Shown here in pieces: positions 37,946 to 51,305 of a stretch of 64,000 nt of DNA (its first letter is position 1; the number at the start of each line of letters is the position of its first letter). A model generated the notes under the pieces. The model saw only the letters and a list, made by a program, of their open reading frames with translations. It was not told where the DNA came from and ran no database searches. The translations under genes and the position numbers were made by a program. The stretch comes from Marsupella aquatica (Eukaryota > Plantae > Marchantiophyta). Where the stretch lies: NCBI GenBank assembly GCA_973895155.1, contig OZ316895.1, positions 6,096,687 to 6,160,686 on the forward strand. Direction: 5' to 3'.

Positions 37946-40900
37946 GACAATCACCGGTACACATTGGCCATTGCTTCCGAATCAGTTGGCCATCTGCATT
38001 CTTTAGGTGGGTATTTGAACGATCCTTGATTTGTCACTATACTCATCCTTCCTAGCTAGAAAGCGTACTTGATGGACTTCAGCTCCTGTAGCCAAATTGA
38101 CAAACTCCTCCTCCGCAGCATCCTTCGTTGACCACCGTAAACCCTGCCACCATATCGATTTCGAAGAATATATGGACGCAGTTAGAATATCGCACAATCT
38201 GGATTCAGTTCGTAAGGCTTCACATGCATGTCTGAGCTTGATTCCTCGCTCAACACTTCTGAAATCATGGGAACTTGAACATCTACCAGTTTGTTCTTAG
38301 AACTAGCCATGAAACTCGCTGGGAACCTAAACATCTAAACACAATCACCACGCGAAAACTCTCATCCAAGCTAGGGAACGCCGAGTATGTCGCCTGAGCC
38401 ATTTGTAGCACGTACGTACTCTTGGATCAGCAAGTATTATGATTTCCTCCAAACCTCTTCGATTCCATTATCCATAGCAAATTAAAGAAACGGCTAAGTG
38501 GCATGGACATCTTCTGTATACCGCTAGCTAGTTGAGTTCAATTTGTCACACGATTGCACATCTAAACGCCATCTGCGATAACAATGAGTGCTCTAACTAA
38601 ACAAACAGGGAGTAGCAGCTAGACAGCGCACAGAGGAAAATTGCTCACACGTACACGAAAAGTGAAGGCAGGTCGGTCATGAAACGATTGAGAGTATAAT
38701 CTACAAAATTCCTGTGCGAAAGATAATACGTACATGTGGTATCGAAGATGGTCCTCCCATTGCAGAATTGTGCGGCGAACCGTCGTCGACATCTCATTTA
38801 CGTGTTATCTTTCTTTTTCTCAAAACTGCCGCGAACTCTACGACTGAACCGGCGAATACTAGTACTAATGCTAGCGAGAGGGCTAGCCGCTGGAGAACTA
38901 CCTGCAGTCGAACTACGAATTCCTCCCGCGAATATGAGTACTAGCTAGTACGCCGGCTAACTCTCAGCAGGCGATGTATGAGCAGGTGAAGGGCTATCTG
39001 TAGGATAATTGTTTCGATTTTCCAGACTCTTCAAATGTTTTCTTCGTCCTGTTCCGCAGCTTCTGGTGGCCAGGATGTAGTCCGTTTGGCCACGCGCCGC
39101 CGAATAGCCGAGTCTGAGGACGGACAGATGTTCCCGGCTGGTGGTTTTGTGAGAAGCTGGAGACGGACGAGAATTGAAGCTGGAGAGACTCATAGAGGTA
39201 GGAAGTTTGCCAGTGCGAACGAGAGAGAGCGAGGGTTGTCTAGCGAAGTTGTCATCGAACTGCGACCTTTGTGTAGACACTTCTCCCGGATTTGCTTGAT
39301 TGTATCGGATTTTGAACCGACATTCTCTTAGCGTCGAGTCTTTACGTACAACTTGTGTCGCTTTTTCTGGAGTCTATTCATTACGAGCCTGTGTCAGTCT
39401 AAACCAGTTGTCTGTACGTCTAGGAATGGCGGCGGATAGAAAACGCCGAGTTTGTCTCCTGAGCCGTTTGCAACACGTACTCTTGGATCCGCAAGAATAC
39501 GTGTTCATCTTACCTCTTCGATATTATCGACAGCAATTAAAACAATTCTTTTCCCAGGACACACCAACAAGGGCATGCATGCTGAGACTCCACATAGAGC
39601 TGAATAGAACTTTAGCGAAATAGATGCTTAAGATCGATGGCAGCGTTTGCAGAGCAGCACTTTTCTTCAGGATTTCATGATTAATTTTTGTGCCATGGAG
39701 GAAGATGCAAGACTCCATCGACTCCATTCTATACGACTGATCAGACGCGCACTCAGCGTATCACCCTCCAGATTAACCCTGGTCACTACAAGTATGTCGT
39801 TATTAGTTTCTCTACAGATTTCTTCCATGCGTCTTAAATCTGTGCAGCTAGTGGTATGCCCGGTAGAGATTATGGACTATGATTCCGGGATTTCAATTCG
39901 GGTTTCTCTTTAAGATATTGATGGTATATATTGAGTTTCTATCCAAGTCTACAGCAGAGTACAGTTTCGAAATCCTTACTTATATATCTAAAACTGTGGA
40001 AGGCCATTGATGGTAGTGAGTTTCTCTCAGGTTCTACAGTACTTTCCGAAATTCTTAGGTATAGATCCAAAACTTTGGAATCCTTCTCTTGATGGCTACT
40101 GACCTTTTATGATCTCATTCTGACTTTAGGGTACGTATTGGTTTGGGCCAAGTCGTTTCGGGTTGGACCTGATGGAAAAAGAAGGGAGCCAGAGATCGAG
40201 AAGAAGGGAGCCAAAGATCGAGAATTGGCTGACTTATCGACTCTATTATGCAGTATGCCGTAACCATTGATGTACTCCTGCACCAGGTTTTGTTGCTGTT
40301 GTGGATGTGAATTAAGATCTCTAGTTGCCTGAGTGTATATATTAGTACGAGAGACTTGCTGATTTAATTCTCTTGGCTGGACGCAGGCATTTTCGCCTTT
40401 CTATTTGCCATCTCTGATCGAGAAAAGTGCAGGATATCAAGCCTTGGGCCAGTATCCAGGTAAGTACGTACTCAATCAAGAACTCGATCTACACTGCATG
40501 CAGACCTTAGAGTCTTATTTCCTCTCTTTCTCAGTTTGCTGTTTGGTCAGAGGTGAGGAAGTTATAGAAGCCGCCCCAGTTTCTCAACCTGCATGCCGTC
40601 CTCATCGTTCATGTCTTATTTAACATGCAAACTCTGAAAAGGTCCAAAGCTTATGCCCTTATGCCCTTATGTAATTTCGTTTCTTTCTGTAAGTTGTCTC
40701 TTAACGTCACATCCGAACTCCATGATCTATATGTACAGAACCGGTGTCGGTCGAAATGTACGTTTCGATGTCGTCGGACCAGTAGTAGTCACATATACGA
40801 GAGCGTTGGAGCGTCCAGGCCGCAAATTTCGTACTGGTAAACGGCGGCGGTTTTCTCAAATCAAAAAATATATGTCGGGTGGTATCCCAAAACACATATA

Positions 40901-41289
40901 CTTTTCGGTTTGAGCAAACTGCCGCCGGTGACTGGCAGAAAATTTGCGGCCTGTACGCTGAAAACACAAACCATTCTGATTTTGATCTTGTCTGGGATTG
41001 AATGTCGATTCCTGTACAGTTGCTCGATCGATCTGGTTCTGATGCTCGATTTGCAATGTCAAGGTTCGTCAACTTTGGAACAGTAGTAATGTTCATACTC
41101 AGGAGAAAATGACGTTTGACGGTTTCGCAGACGGGCAACGAAGAGCGAGGCAGCGGTCTGGTGTAGAAGATCTTTGGTGCATTATACAAGTCTTCACGTA
41201 AGACCTTTATCGCTTTTTCTGGCGTCTAATCATTGCGAGCCTGTCACTACACGTCCATTGTGGGCTGAAGACGCATTGTATCTTTGTAG

Positions 41290-41852
41290 GTTCACATTAA
41301 TTGTGCAATGTGGTGCGGTGCGACCTCTATTAAGATGCTGGAAGCTCCTGATCCGCGGCTTCGGGGGATAGCGGCATTTACTCTGAGTCGGCTTGCTCAG
41401 GTCTGACGGAGTGAAACTCCAGAAGTTCGAGTAATCTCCTTTTATCTGCCGAGTTATCTGCATACTGCATCTTAATTTCTAATTTTCCTGGTATGGCGCC
41501 CCAAGAATCAGTTGAAGAGCTGAAGAACACGTTCGACCGTTTTATTTGGTGCAGAAAAACCACAACGAGGCAGGATTTACAGTACACGCTGGAGGATTGA
41601 AGCCGTTACTTGAGCTTCTTGATTTAGAAAATGGATCACTTCGACACAATCAAGCATTTGCTCCCTACGCCTTAGCTGAGAACGAGTTTAGACAATGCCT
41701 TACGATGGATCATTTCATTTCTATTTTTATGGCATCAATGGCTACCAGGTATTTCCGTTCCTTCAGGACATGAACGTGTCTATCTATCTATATACATATA
41801 GTCAGATTCGGTGGTGTGCAACGGCTTCAGGATGGGCAACCTCATCGTCCAG
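41290..41852 (+). pseudogene. Three decayed exons with introns of an ARIA/ABAP1-type ARM-repeat (BTB/POZ) gene
   Basis: Frame-corrected translations VHIVQCGAVRPL..MLEAPDPRLR.IAAFTLSRLAQ, KNHNEAG...GGLKPLLELLDLENGSLRHNQAFAPYALAENE and ..VRFGGVQRLQDG..IVQ match ARIA ARM repeats as I recall them. Frameshifts are present; the N- and C-termini are missing. Confidence 0.8.
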
Positions 41853-43038
41853 GTGTAGATCGACCATGCAGCCTGAGTTTCTTGTTGGTCCGATAACCTC
41901 CAAGTTCTCCGTCATAAAATAGAAACTCTCAGCAGTGTCAGCCGGCTCAGTAAATGTTTATATTTTATGAGATGTATCAGCAGGTGAAACGCTGTCACTT
42001 GCAGGATTGTATGGGATAATTGTTTCTATTTTCCAGACACTTCAAGTGTTTCTTCGTCCTGTTCTGGTGGCCAGGATGTAGTCCGTTTGGCCACGCGCTG
42101 CCGACTACCCGAGTCTGAGGACAGACATGTGTTCCGAGTTTGTGCTTTTGTGAGAGGCCGGAGACGGACCAGACTTGAACCTGGAGAGAGACTAATAGAG
42201 GTAGGAAGTGTGCCAGTGCGAGAGAGATAGCGAGGTTGTCTAGAGAAGCTGTCATAGATTACAATGGTGGCATTTCCAATGTCCTGGACGATTACAATGG
42301 TCTTAAAGCTTTCTTCTCGATCTATAATGATTTCAATGCAGCCTCAACAGCAGATCTATGACAACGGGAAAGTGCAGTCAGACAGTAGCTCAAGATGATA
42401 TATAGCCCTAAAGTTGCTAGTCTTCCCAAAAACATCCCTGGAAAAGTATCAGCTGGAGAACTATTACTGGGAATACTAGGTTTTATTGCTCTCTTCGATC
42501 CTGAGCTACTGTCTGACGTACTGCACTCAGCACGACCAACACAATGAACCAAACAGACACGACCATAGATTCAGCGAATTTGGGCTAAATGCTGCTGTCG
42601 ATGGAATTCGTGACTGTTCACGTTCACAATTCGAACCCTCGATCACTAGACCTGGAACCTATGGCTTGCAGGATCGAGCATCAGAACCAGGAACAACTGT
42701 ACATTAATATCATCAGCATTCTGATCTTGATCCTGTCTGGATAATGTCGATTCCTGTACATTCTGATGCTCGATTTGCAATTTTAAGCTTCGTTAACTTT
42801 GGAACAGTAGTAATGTTCAGTGGAATCTGAAGAACATTGCGATCTAATGCCCTTATGTAATTTCATGTCTAGCTTGCTGTAAGGACAATGCGATCTAATG
42901 CCCTTATGTAATTTCATTTCTTTTTGTAAGTTGTCTCTTAACGTCGCACCCGAACTCCATGATCTATACGTACAAAAACGGTGTCGGTCGAAATCTACGT
43001 TTCGATATCGTCAGACCAGTAGTAGTCAGATGTACGAG

Positions 43039-43204
43039 AGCGTTGGAGCGTACAGGCCGCAAATTATGTGCCAGTCAACTGCAGCGGTTTTCTCAAATCA
43101 AAAAATATATGTCGGGTGGTATCCCAAAACACATATACTTTTCGGTTTGAGCAAACTGCCGCCGTTGACTGGCAGAAAGTTTGCGGCCTGTACGCTCCAA
43201 CGCT
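43039..43204. repeat. 166-nt near-perfect foldback inside a ~560-bp repeat unit present in five copies
   Basis: AGCGTTGGAGCGTACAGGCCGCAAA ... TTTGCGGCCTGTACGCTCCAACGCT, with pairing continuing almost to the centre. Other copies at ~40802, ~58970, ~59836 and 62145-62310. Confidence 0.85.
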
Positions 43205-43474
43205 GAAAACACAAACCATTCTGATTTTGATCTTGTCTGCGATTGAATGTCGATTCCTATACAGTTTCTCGATCGATCTGGTTCTGATGGTCCATTTGCA
43301 ATTTTAAGGTTCGTCAAGTTTGAAACAGTACTAAGGTTCAGTACTCAGGAGAAAATGATGTTTGACGGTTACTTTGGGAGACGGTCAGCGAAGAGCGAGT
43401 GGTCTGGTGTACAAGATCTGTTTAAGCAAACTTTTCAAATCTCTGATCCATGCCATTTGTCTGGTCTCATGCAG

Positions 43475-44830
43475 GTGATATCTTCCAGGTCCCCTATCTT
43501 CCTGCCTACCTTGGTCCACAAACAAACGGCTCTTCATGGAGTGAACTACGGTTCAGGAGCGGCTGGCATTCTCGATGACACCGGAAATAATTTTGTAAGC
43601 TTGTCGCAAAACTGCCTCGATCTCGCATGCAGTCCATCTCGGTTATGAATCGAGGATTTCCCTGCGCACTGCTGCCTTTAGTTTTAGAGCTATATATCTT
43701 TCAAACAACATACCCACGCGCGCCATCAACAACAAACGGTTAGTTGCCCCGGCCCTCGAGGTCTGGCCGCGTTTTCAGCAGAAAAGGTTGGTTCACTGAT
43801 TGACTTTTGTCCGGCCTGTAGATCAAGACCGTGCCTATGGATAAGCAAATCGCTTACTTCATACACACGTTAGACGATATCAATCACCAATTGGGAGAAA
43901 ACGAATTTAGGACGCGCGCTTGTGAGCAATCACTACTTTTCGGTAAGATATGCAACAACGACTTCATTAACAGGTACTTCATCTCAACAACAAATACCAG
44001 CAGGTTTTACACTCGTGCGGATTTTACTTCGATTCTCCTTGACAGATTCAATGCGCAGTTGTCGGTAAGCTCGTCAATAAATTTTTCAACCAGGTTCTAA
44101 GTCCTCAGGAATATCAATCGTAGGGGTAATTGATCGATTATGATTGTTGATGTACCTACGGTTTAAGGTTCGAGAACCTTAAGGCAAATACGCTTTTCAA
44201 AGTATTCCGAGCGCTCCCCGATCGACATGCCCTTTCGTTTGAAATTTGGTTAGAGATTGATCATAGATTCATTTACATCAGACGATTTCTTCACAGTTTG
44301 TTTTCAGGTAGAGTGCTCTTCTCTAGCTGGCAGGATTCCCAAATTTACACATAACGCGGTACTTGTAGGAATTGTATTCGTTAGGGATCCGCAAAGTGTT
44401 CGTCGTTGCTGGAGTCGGACCCGTCGGATGCATTCCGCTTCAGTTGGCCAATATTGCCTCAAACGCCTCCACGTCCAGGAGTTTAACAATGGGTACGTTG
44501 AGGACACCTCTGGATAAGCTGACTGGTACCTTCCTAGCCGGTACGTGTAATATTTTCGTTCGGCAATGCCTACGGTTCTCTATTAATGTCCATCATTGTC
44601 GATCCCGCTGCTCATGGTACTACTCACCTTCAACCTAGCCCTTGATGAACTAGAGCATGAATGAACAAGCAGGGAATCAATTGAAGCGAGTTTCTTAAAG
44701 CCAGCGCACTAGTTCGGATTCCACGTTTGCTCATGAGTACCTGTAGAGATTTTCGAACAGCTAATGTTTCTGTGAAGCCCTAAACCCTTAATTAATGCAA
44801 GTGCAACAGGTTTCGAGGTGGTTATAGAAG
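43475..44830 (+). pseudogene. GDSL esterase/lipase exons 2-4 and start of exon 5, frameshifted
   Basis: HGVNYGSGAAGILDDTGNNF|gtaag; PMDKQIAYF...NNDFINRYF; ELYSLGIRKVFVVAGVGPVGCIPLQLAN; acag|GFEVV then truncated. Exon 1 is absent. Confidence 0.88.
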
Positions 44831-47800
44831 ATACCCTTCTTACCCATTTTTCCATTGATTATGAATTACTCTGGTTTTGCTTTTGAGATATGCATTGAAA
44901 TAGTGCATTTTAGGAAACATGAAGAACCAAAACCACGATCTGCATACTTTGGGTGGGTATTTGAACGAATCCTTGGTTGGTCACTCTACTCATCCTTCCT
45001 AGAAAGCGTTCTTGATGTACTTCAGCTACTGTCGCCAAATTGAGAAACTCCTCCCGCAGCATCCTTCATTCACCACCGTAAACCCTGCAACCATATTGAT
45101 TTCGAAGACGATATGGATGTAGTTAGAATATTGCACAATCTGGATTCAGTTCTTAATGCTTCACATCATGTCTGAGCTTCATTCCTCGGTCAACATGGGA
45201 ACTTTAACTTCTACCACTTTGTTTATAGAAATAGCCCATGAAACTCACTGGGAAGCTAAACATCTAAACAGAGTCGCCATGCTAAAACTCTCATCCAAGC
45301 TAACTAGATCCAAAGTGTGCCAGCTGCGTAAGAAATCCAGGGCCGGGTTATATGGCCGGGTTTAGATCTATCATCGAACTTCATTAAAACCGACTTACAC
45401 GTAACGAACTGGCAGTGCATTCAGTTTAGCACTTATACTAAGAAGCAGCCTCAACCACAGATATGTGACAATCAGAGAGTAGCTCAAGATCATAGCCCTA
45501 GTATTCCCCCTGTAGTTCTCCAGCTAATGTTTTCCCATGGATGACCCACTAATATCCCTGGAAACTAATCAGCGGGAGGACTATCAGGGGGAATACTAGC
45601 AGCTTTAGGATGACGGCTATCATCTTGAGGTACTGTCGATTGCACTTCCCCGTTGTCATCACCACCAACACAATGAACCAAACAGACATGGCCAGAAATT
45701 CAGCGAACTTGGGCGAAATGCTGTTGTCGTTGGAATTTGTCGATCTCCATTAAAACCGACTTACACGTAACAAACTGGCAGACGACAGTGCATTCAGTTT
45801 AGCACTTATACTAAGAAGCAGCGTCAACCGCAGATATGTGACAAGGGGAAGTGCAATCAGACAGTGGCTTAAGATGATAGCCTTAAAGCGGCTAGCTAGT
45901 CTTCCCACTGATATCCCTTGAATGAATACTCGCAGCTTTAGGGCTATCATCTTGAGCTCCTGACTGACTGCATTTCCCTTTGTCGCACGACCAACACAAT
46001 GAACCAAACAGACAGGCCCATAGATTTGGAATTTGTGGACTGTTCTAATTGATCCGGAACAAGAAATAAAGTTTCGAGTGGCGTTCGAGCTACTACTACA
46101 AGAGGAGCAGGCAGACGATCGAACACGGATGGCAGGAGTGCGGAGGTCAGGTCAAAGGTCAGGGAGAAGGAAGACGATCAGCGTGAGTACGACAACCGTC
46201 GAAGTGAAGTCGTTCACACAGGCCGGAGCGGAGAGTGTTTATAATGTTCGCCGAGAAAAGGAGTGAGAGAGAGGATCAAACAAAATTGAACGTCTACGTA
46301 CTGTTCTGATTGACCAAACCCATTGTATTTGCAAATCTTTTTGTTGCTGACCGTGCACCTATTCTTGGATAGCGTAATCCTTTTTCTGAGTCCTCTATAG
46401 TGACAATTTTGCCTTTTGAAGCGCCATTACTCCAAATACAATGAATAGCAGCGGCGTGGCAGTGGCAGTTAGAGCTTTGTAACTAGTTCTGCCAATTTCA
46501 ACATCTGGTTTTCTAGGAAATGGGGAAAATCATGGGGCTTCATGATTGAGGAGTCGTGCAGTAAAATCCAGCTTATTCTTTGAAGCACAAAACCTTTGTT
46601 CCACAGAGCAGGTCGATGCACCTGCTTGTCCGTCACTTGTCCGTTGCTGACGGGTTGGCGATGGATTTGATTGTCCCACAGCGCTCTTCACGTTCTGAGG
46701 CATTGCACTATACATATTAAAAACATTGGGGGAATGAAGGCGGGGGGTGGGGGAGAGGGGGGATGCCATTGCTTGGCTCATTGCATGCTGTAGACGGAGT
46801 CGATTCCCATCCAATGTCCACGGTTGACGTACGATTGACGATTGCTGTTTCCGTCGGGCCTAGCTGGTCTGTTGTCCAGAGGTCAGTTGGAGGTAAAGTG
46901 CATGCCCTTGAAGATCATCTTGGAGCTTCCACAACAACATCAAATGCAGGAGGCGGAAAAATCTCCCCTGGCCTCCTCCTCCATATAGCTAGCTTCATGA
47001 TTTTAGGGCCATCCATTTTCCAATTTTCAAACTTCTCCATGAAAACCTGCTCCCCAGAAGTACTTACCCTCAACCCCAGAGAGGGGGAAACACACTGGAC
47101 TTGACATATGAGTCTTGGCAAAACAAATCAACCACTGCACTGGTTACAAAGTGAATAACATACACCTCTGAACTGTTGGGAGAACCTACCAGTAGTACAT
47201 AAAATCCAGAGATGGAAGAGCTTTCCAACAAGTACATGGAAGAGGATGAACGGGAGGATGAAGCTGCACTGTATGTTGAATTGGTGCCCCCCAAGAGAGA
47301 GAGCCTACAGTTTGGATTCCCCCTCTAGGAAGTTGAAGAGGCTCACTTTGTGTTTCTTAATTTTTCCAGATGATCAATGGGAGAAGAAGCCAAACTGGGA
47401 AGGCAAAGAACTTTTCTGGTTTTGAGAGCTTTGGGTGTAAGTTATGGACCCAACCATGAAGTCACTTTAGGAGACTCAATCACAATGTAATGAGAGCATT
47501 CTCAGTACATGATATATGCTCCTATGCTCCAATGGTGGAGGCCTAAATGGCAAACATGATGCACCTGATGATGCATGTTTTTTAGTGTGGGTTTTAGTGT
47601 TACCTATTTCTTATTTTAATCTCTTTCCTGCTGAACTTAGCTACGTCTACCCTTAAAGCAGTGCAAATGCAATGAAGTATCAGGAGCGCCCATACAAAAT
47701 TGTTAGGCCAATCCAAGATTATGTCTGATGTGCAATTATCCTCCTCTGGTCTATTTCCCTTGGCCCAAAAACTTTACTTAGTTATATGTGAGCAGTTGCA

Positions 47801-49012
47801 GGTTGCCAACAGAAATTAACGCTCCCCAGCCTTACATATATTCAAAGATGTTTGGCGCCAAACCAGTTCAATTGAACCAAAATATTGCATGGGTGTATGT
47901 CTGGTATCCATGGTGGAGAATGTTTTTACAACTCACACAGTTTAGAAGTAATTGTTGCTCCCTGGCCTTACAAAGATGATGGTATGTGCCAAAACTAACC
48001 CAAATGAGCAAATCTATGGTTGGATGGTCTATAATATGAAAAATGTATCCATTTGGACAAGCAATATATTGGACACCCAACAGTGGAAAGAAGATCCTGG
48101 GTCATTCCTACCAAAAACTTCTTATGAACATCCTAAGTACTGCAAAAGTGTATCATTACAAGAACTTCTAACATAAACTTCTTAGAGGGGAGGCCAGTAG
48201 GTTAGTTGGGAGAGGATTGAAACTTTTTTTGGTGCATTGGGAGAGACAGTTGCTCCAGCAAATATAGATTGAAAACAATTTAGAAAGTGGCTTGACTGGG
48301 GTACTGTCCTTGTTAGAAGGCGTTGTTGTGAGATATAATGCCACCAAAAAGAGGGCTTACACATCAAAATTAATCATACAACGGTGTGCCAAAATATGCT
48401 GTGGTTCTCCTTCAAGTATGCAGGGACATTATGGGTGAAAAAGTAGCAAATGAAAAAAGAACAAATGAACATTGACCAAATTAAAAAACCTCAAAAAACA
48501 TGCAATCCCTTGGATGCAGGCTAGGCCACGGCAACAACAGCGCCCCAACCTCACCCCAACCCAATTCCTGCCACTGCTAAGTTGTCAACACTGCCACTGT
48601 CAAGCATTTACCCCGCCATTTACACGTACAACAACATTGTTTACTCAATAACTTCTTTTACCTAAATATCATCTACTTGGCCATATCTTTTGGTACGTTA
48701 GCAACATATTTACATCAACAACATCTTATACTAACAACATTTGTACTTAACAACATCTTTGCGTGGTGGTTTAGTAGATAGAGTGCCTTGAGGTACTTGA
48801 TTTAGAACTGCATCTAGAAAGGGAGTTAAATAATACATTCTCCTCCCTGCTTGGTTTGGCACAAATATTGGCCTTGCCTTCCACTTATGGCCACTTATCT
48901 CTTGCAATTAGAAGGAACTATAGAACCAAAATTGTTAACCTGGAGTTTTCCCAGCCAGCAAGCCAGTTGCATGGACTGCACAAAAGCAGTTTCCATTCTT
49001 TCTATACAAGTT

Positions 49013-50789
49013 CTAGCTCAGTACCCGTGCGTTGCACAAAAGATGCCGTGTCGGCCAAGATGTTGTGTCCGCCACGATATCATGTCGACCAAGATTTGGT
49101 TGAGAAAAAAGACTCATGTCAGCCAAGAGGTCATTAATAATATACTAAGATGTTGTGTTCGGTAATTAAGATGTCGTTAAGAAAAAAATTGTCATGTTGG
49201 CCAAGATGTCGTGTTGGCCAAGACATCGTTGAGGGAAAATACCCGTGCATTGCACAAAAAATGTTGTTATGTGAAAGATGTCATGAAGTAAAAAGAAGTC
49301 ATTTTGCCGAAGATGCCATTGTGTGAAATATGTTGGCTAAGAAAAAGTGTCATTTTGCCAAAGATATTGTGAAGATGTTATAAGAAAAAGGTGTCGTTTC
49401 ACCCAAGCTGTCATTATGTGAAAGATGTTGTGAAGTAAAAAGTCAAGGAGAGAATGAGTGAGTCAACTAATCTGAGTCAGGGTTGCTGCGGCTCGATGCT
49501 GTCTTCATGGCATGCATCCAAGGGGCGGCATGGTTTTTTTTCGTTCTATTCCTTTGTTGTTGTCCTTGTTTTTTTCTTGTTTGTTTTGTTTTGTTACCCA
49601 CAATGCCCGTGCATTTGAATGCTGACCACTCTAGAAATTGGCACAACATTATATTATTGGTTTCAGGTTTAGGGTTTTAGGGTTTAGGGTTTAACAAAGA
49701 TGACCATTTTGTCGCTATCCTTCCAATCCCCGTGTATTGCATAGTTCAAGATGTTGTTTTGGTTAAAGATGTTGTTGAGAAACAAATAGTGGACAAAAAC
49801 TGAATAAAAAAATTATTTGTTAAAATACATTACTGCACAAAAACTTTTGTTGCTCAAGTGAAAGATATCTTGTGCAAAATAATGGCTATGGCAGCCACAA
49901 AAGTTTCTTTTTTTTCTTTTTTCTCCTTTCACAAAAAAATTCTTGAGTAAAAGATGTCATTGCACAAAAGACTGGCTATGACAACCACAAAAAGTATAAC
50001 TTACAAAATGAGAGGTGTTTTTTTCCTTTTTGAACCTTTTCCTTTGCCCTTGGGCAGTGTGATATATATTTTTCTCTTCTGTTCAGTTTAAACCTTAACC
50101 TCCCCCTTTTCCCCATGCATTTCACTATTTTTGGTCTTCTCTTTTTCTCATTCACCATCACTCCACTAGCTCGCCGCCCCCCCTTCCCACCCATGCAAGA
50201 CTGCAGCCCTTCGAGGGGCTGCCCTACTTGCGAATGTGCCCCTCGCCCGACGCCTTGCCCTCAACGCCCGTGCCATGCGCTTCACTATGTCTTTGGGCCT
50301 TATTACTTTTGGTTTTTGGCATTGTAATTGACAGTACAAATGATTCTAAAAATCACCGCAATCATTGGCATAACAGGTTTTTATTGATTAGTGTATGCAA
50401 TACTCTATTGACTAAAATATTATTAGCAATTAAACTCCTCTTACCAACATTATACAAAAGTATGCTGCATTAATACAATATTGAATAATTATGTAAAATA
50501 CTCACTTGCATGTGAGTATATACAATACTTCCTTGCATGGATCATGGAGAGACTATCTCCTCGATCCTAGTGCATTGTGTTAAAGTATTTCACTTTTTTT
50601 GGTGTATGGTGTGATTATTTCTTGCTTGTCTTGGACAATGGTGCAACTTTTGTGAGTCACACTAAATTTAATTCACACTTTGGCCTTATTACTTACATTT
50701 GACCGGTTTTTAAAAATTTTGTGCCCTGCAAATTCGAATGACGACCACTCCAAAAAGTGGCGCAACGGTGTATTCTAGGAGTTAATAAA
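49013..50789 (-). mobile_element. Putative non-autonomous Helitron (degenerate, possibly nested ends)
   Basis: Absent from the equivalent site of copy A (~34760). The minus-strand end reads TTTGTGCAACGCACGGGTACTGAGCTAG, i.e. a decayed CCCGTGCAACGCACGGG hairpin plus CTAG. No TIR or TSD seen. Hairpin-like motif repeated at ~49242 and ~49729. The canonical 5'-TC and A|T site are not intact. Confidence 0.5.
49666..49692 (+). repeat. Short interstitial plant telomere-like repeat
   Basis: GGTTTAGGGTTTTAGGGTTTAGGGTTT (about three TTTAGGG units). Confidence 0.6.
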
Positions 50790-50871
50790 CCTACTGTATC
50801 AGCTGGCCAGGGCACTCTAGCTAGCTTTGGCCTGGTACTATACTAATCAATGACAACCTCCCTCAGGAGTA

Positions 50872-51249
50872 ATTCACAACAAAGGGCACTCTTGAGGCTC
50901 ATTAAGAGCCTTAGTTTGGTACACCTGCCCGCGCCTACTGCCCGCCCCGCCCCCTCACATTTTTTTTGAATGTTACTAGCATGAATGATCCCCACTTTTT
51001 GGGTGGGGTGAATGTTAAAAAGCATTCTTGACACACAGCAGGTTTCAAACCCGAGACATAGCTCACACTCCCCAACTGAATTGTACTCGGGATTGTCTAC
51101 CAGTGAGCCTTTCTCCAATTCATGTCAACATCCATTTGCACAGTCAAGTCTTTAATCTCAAATCAGGTCCAGCACATGCGGGCAGCCCTTACAGGGTAAT
51201 CAATGCGGATTAACATTAATTGCCCTCAACATTGGCTTTTGTCCTTAAT
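50872..51249. mobile_element. MULE-like MITE, copy 2
   Basis: Homologous to 2279-2637. Flanks TCAGGAGTA / TTGGGAGTA. The empty site (TCTAGAGTA) is present in copy A near 34840. Confidence 0.8.
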
Positions 51250-51305
51250 TTGGGAGTACGGGCTGGTGGGTCTGCTTGATAATCTTCTGGGTCTCTTATT
51301 AGATG

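Larger units (their letters stand above)
34510..45365 (+). repeat. Segmental duplication, copy A
   Basis: Colinear with 48760-63975 (for example 34895-36300 ~ 52385-53780; 38850-41200 ~ 57013-59380; 41230-45360 ~ 60285-63970). Boundaries are approximate. Confidence 0.88.

Noticed and set aside
39650-40500. Possible F-box/LRR-like or other gene fragment on the minus strand (also ~57860-58650)
   Set aside because: Only vague LxxLxL-like stretches; a family cannot be supported without a search.
46460-47300. Minus-strand ORFs of 68-94 aa
   Set aside because: Interrupted and unrecognisable; probably TE-derived.
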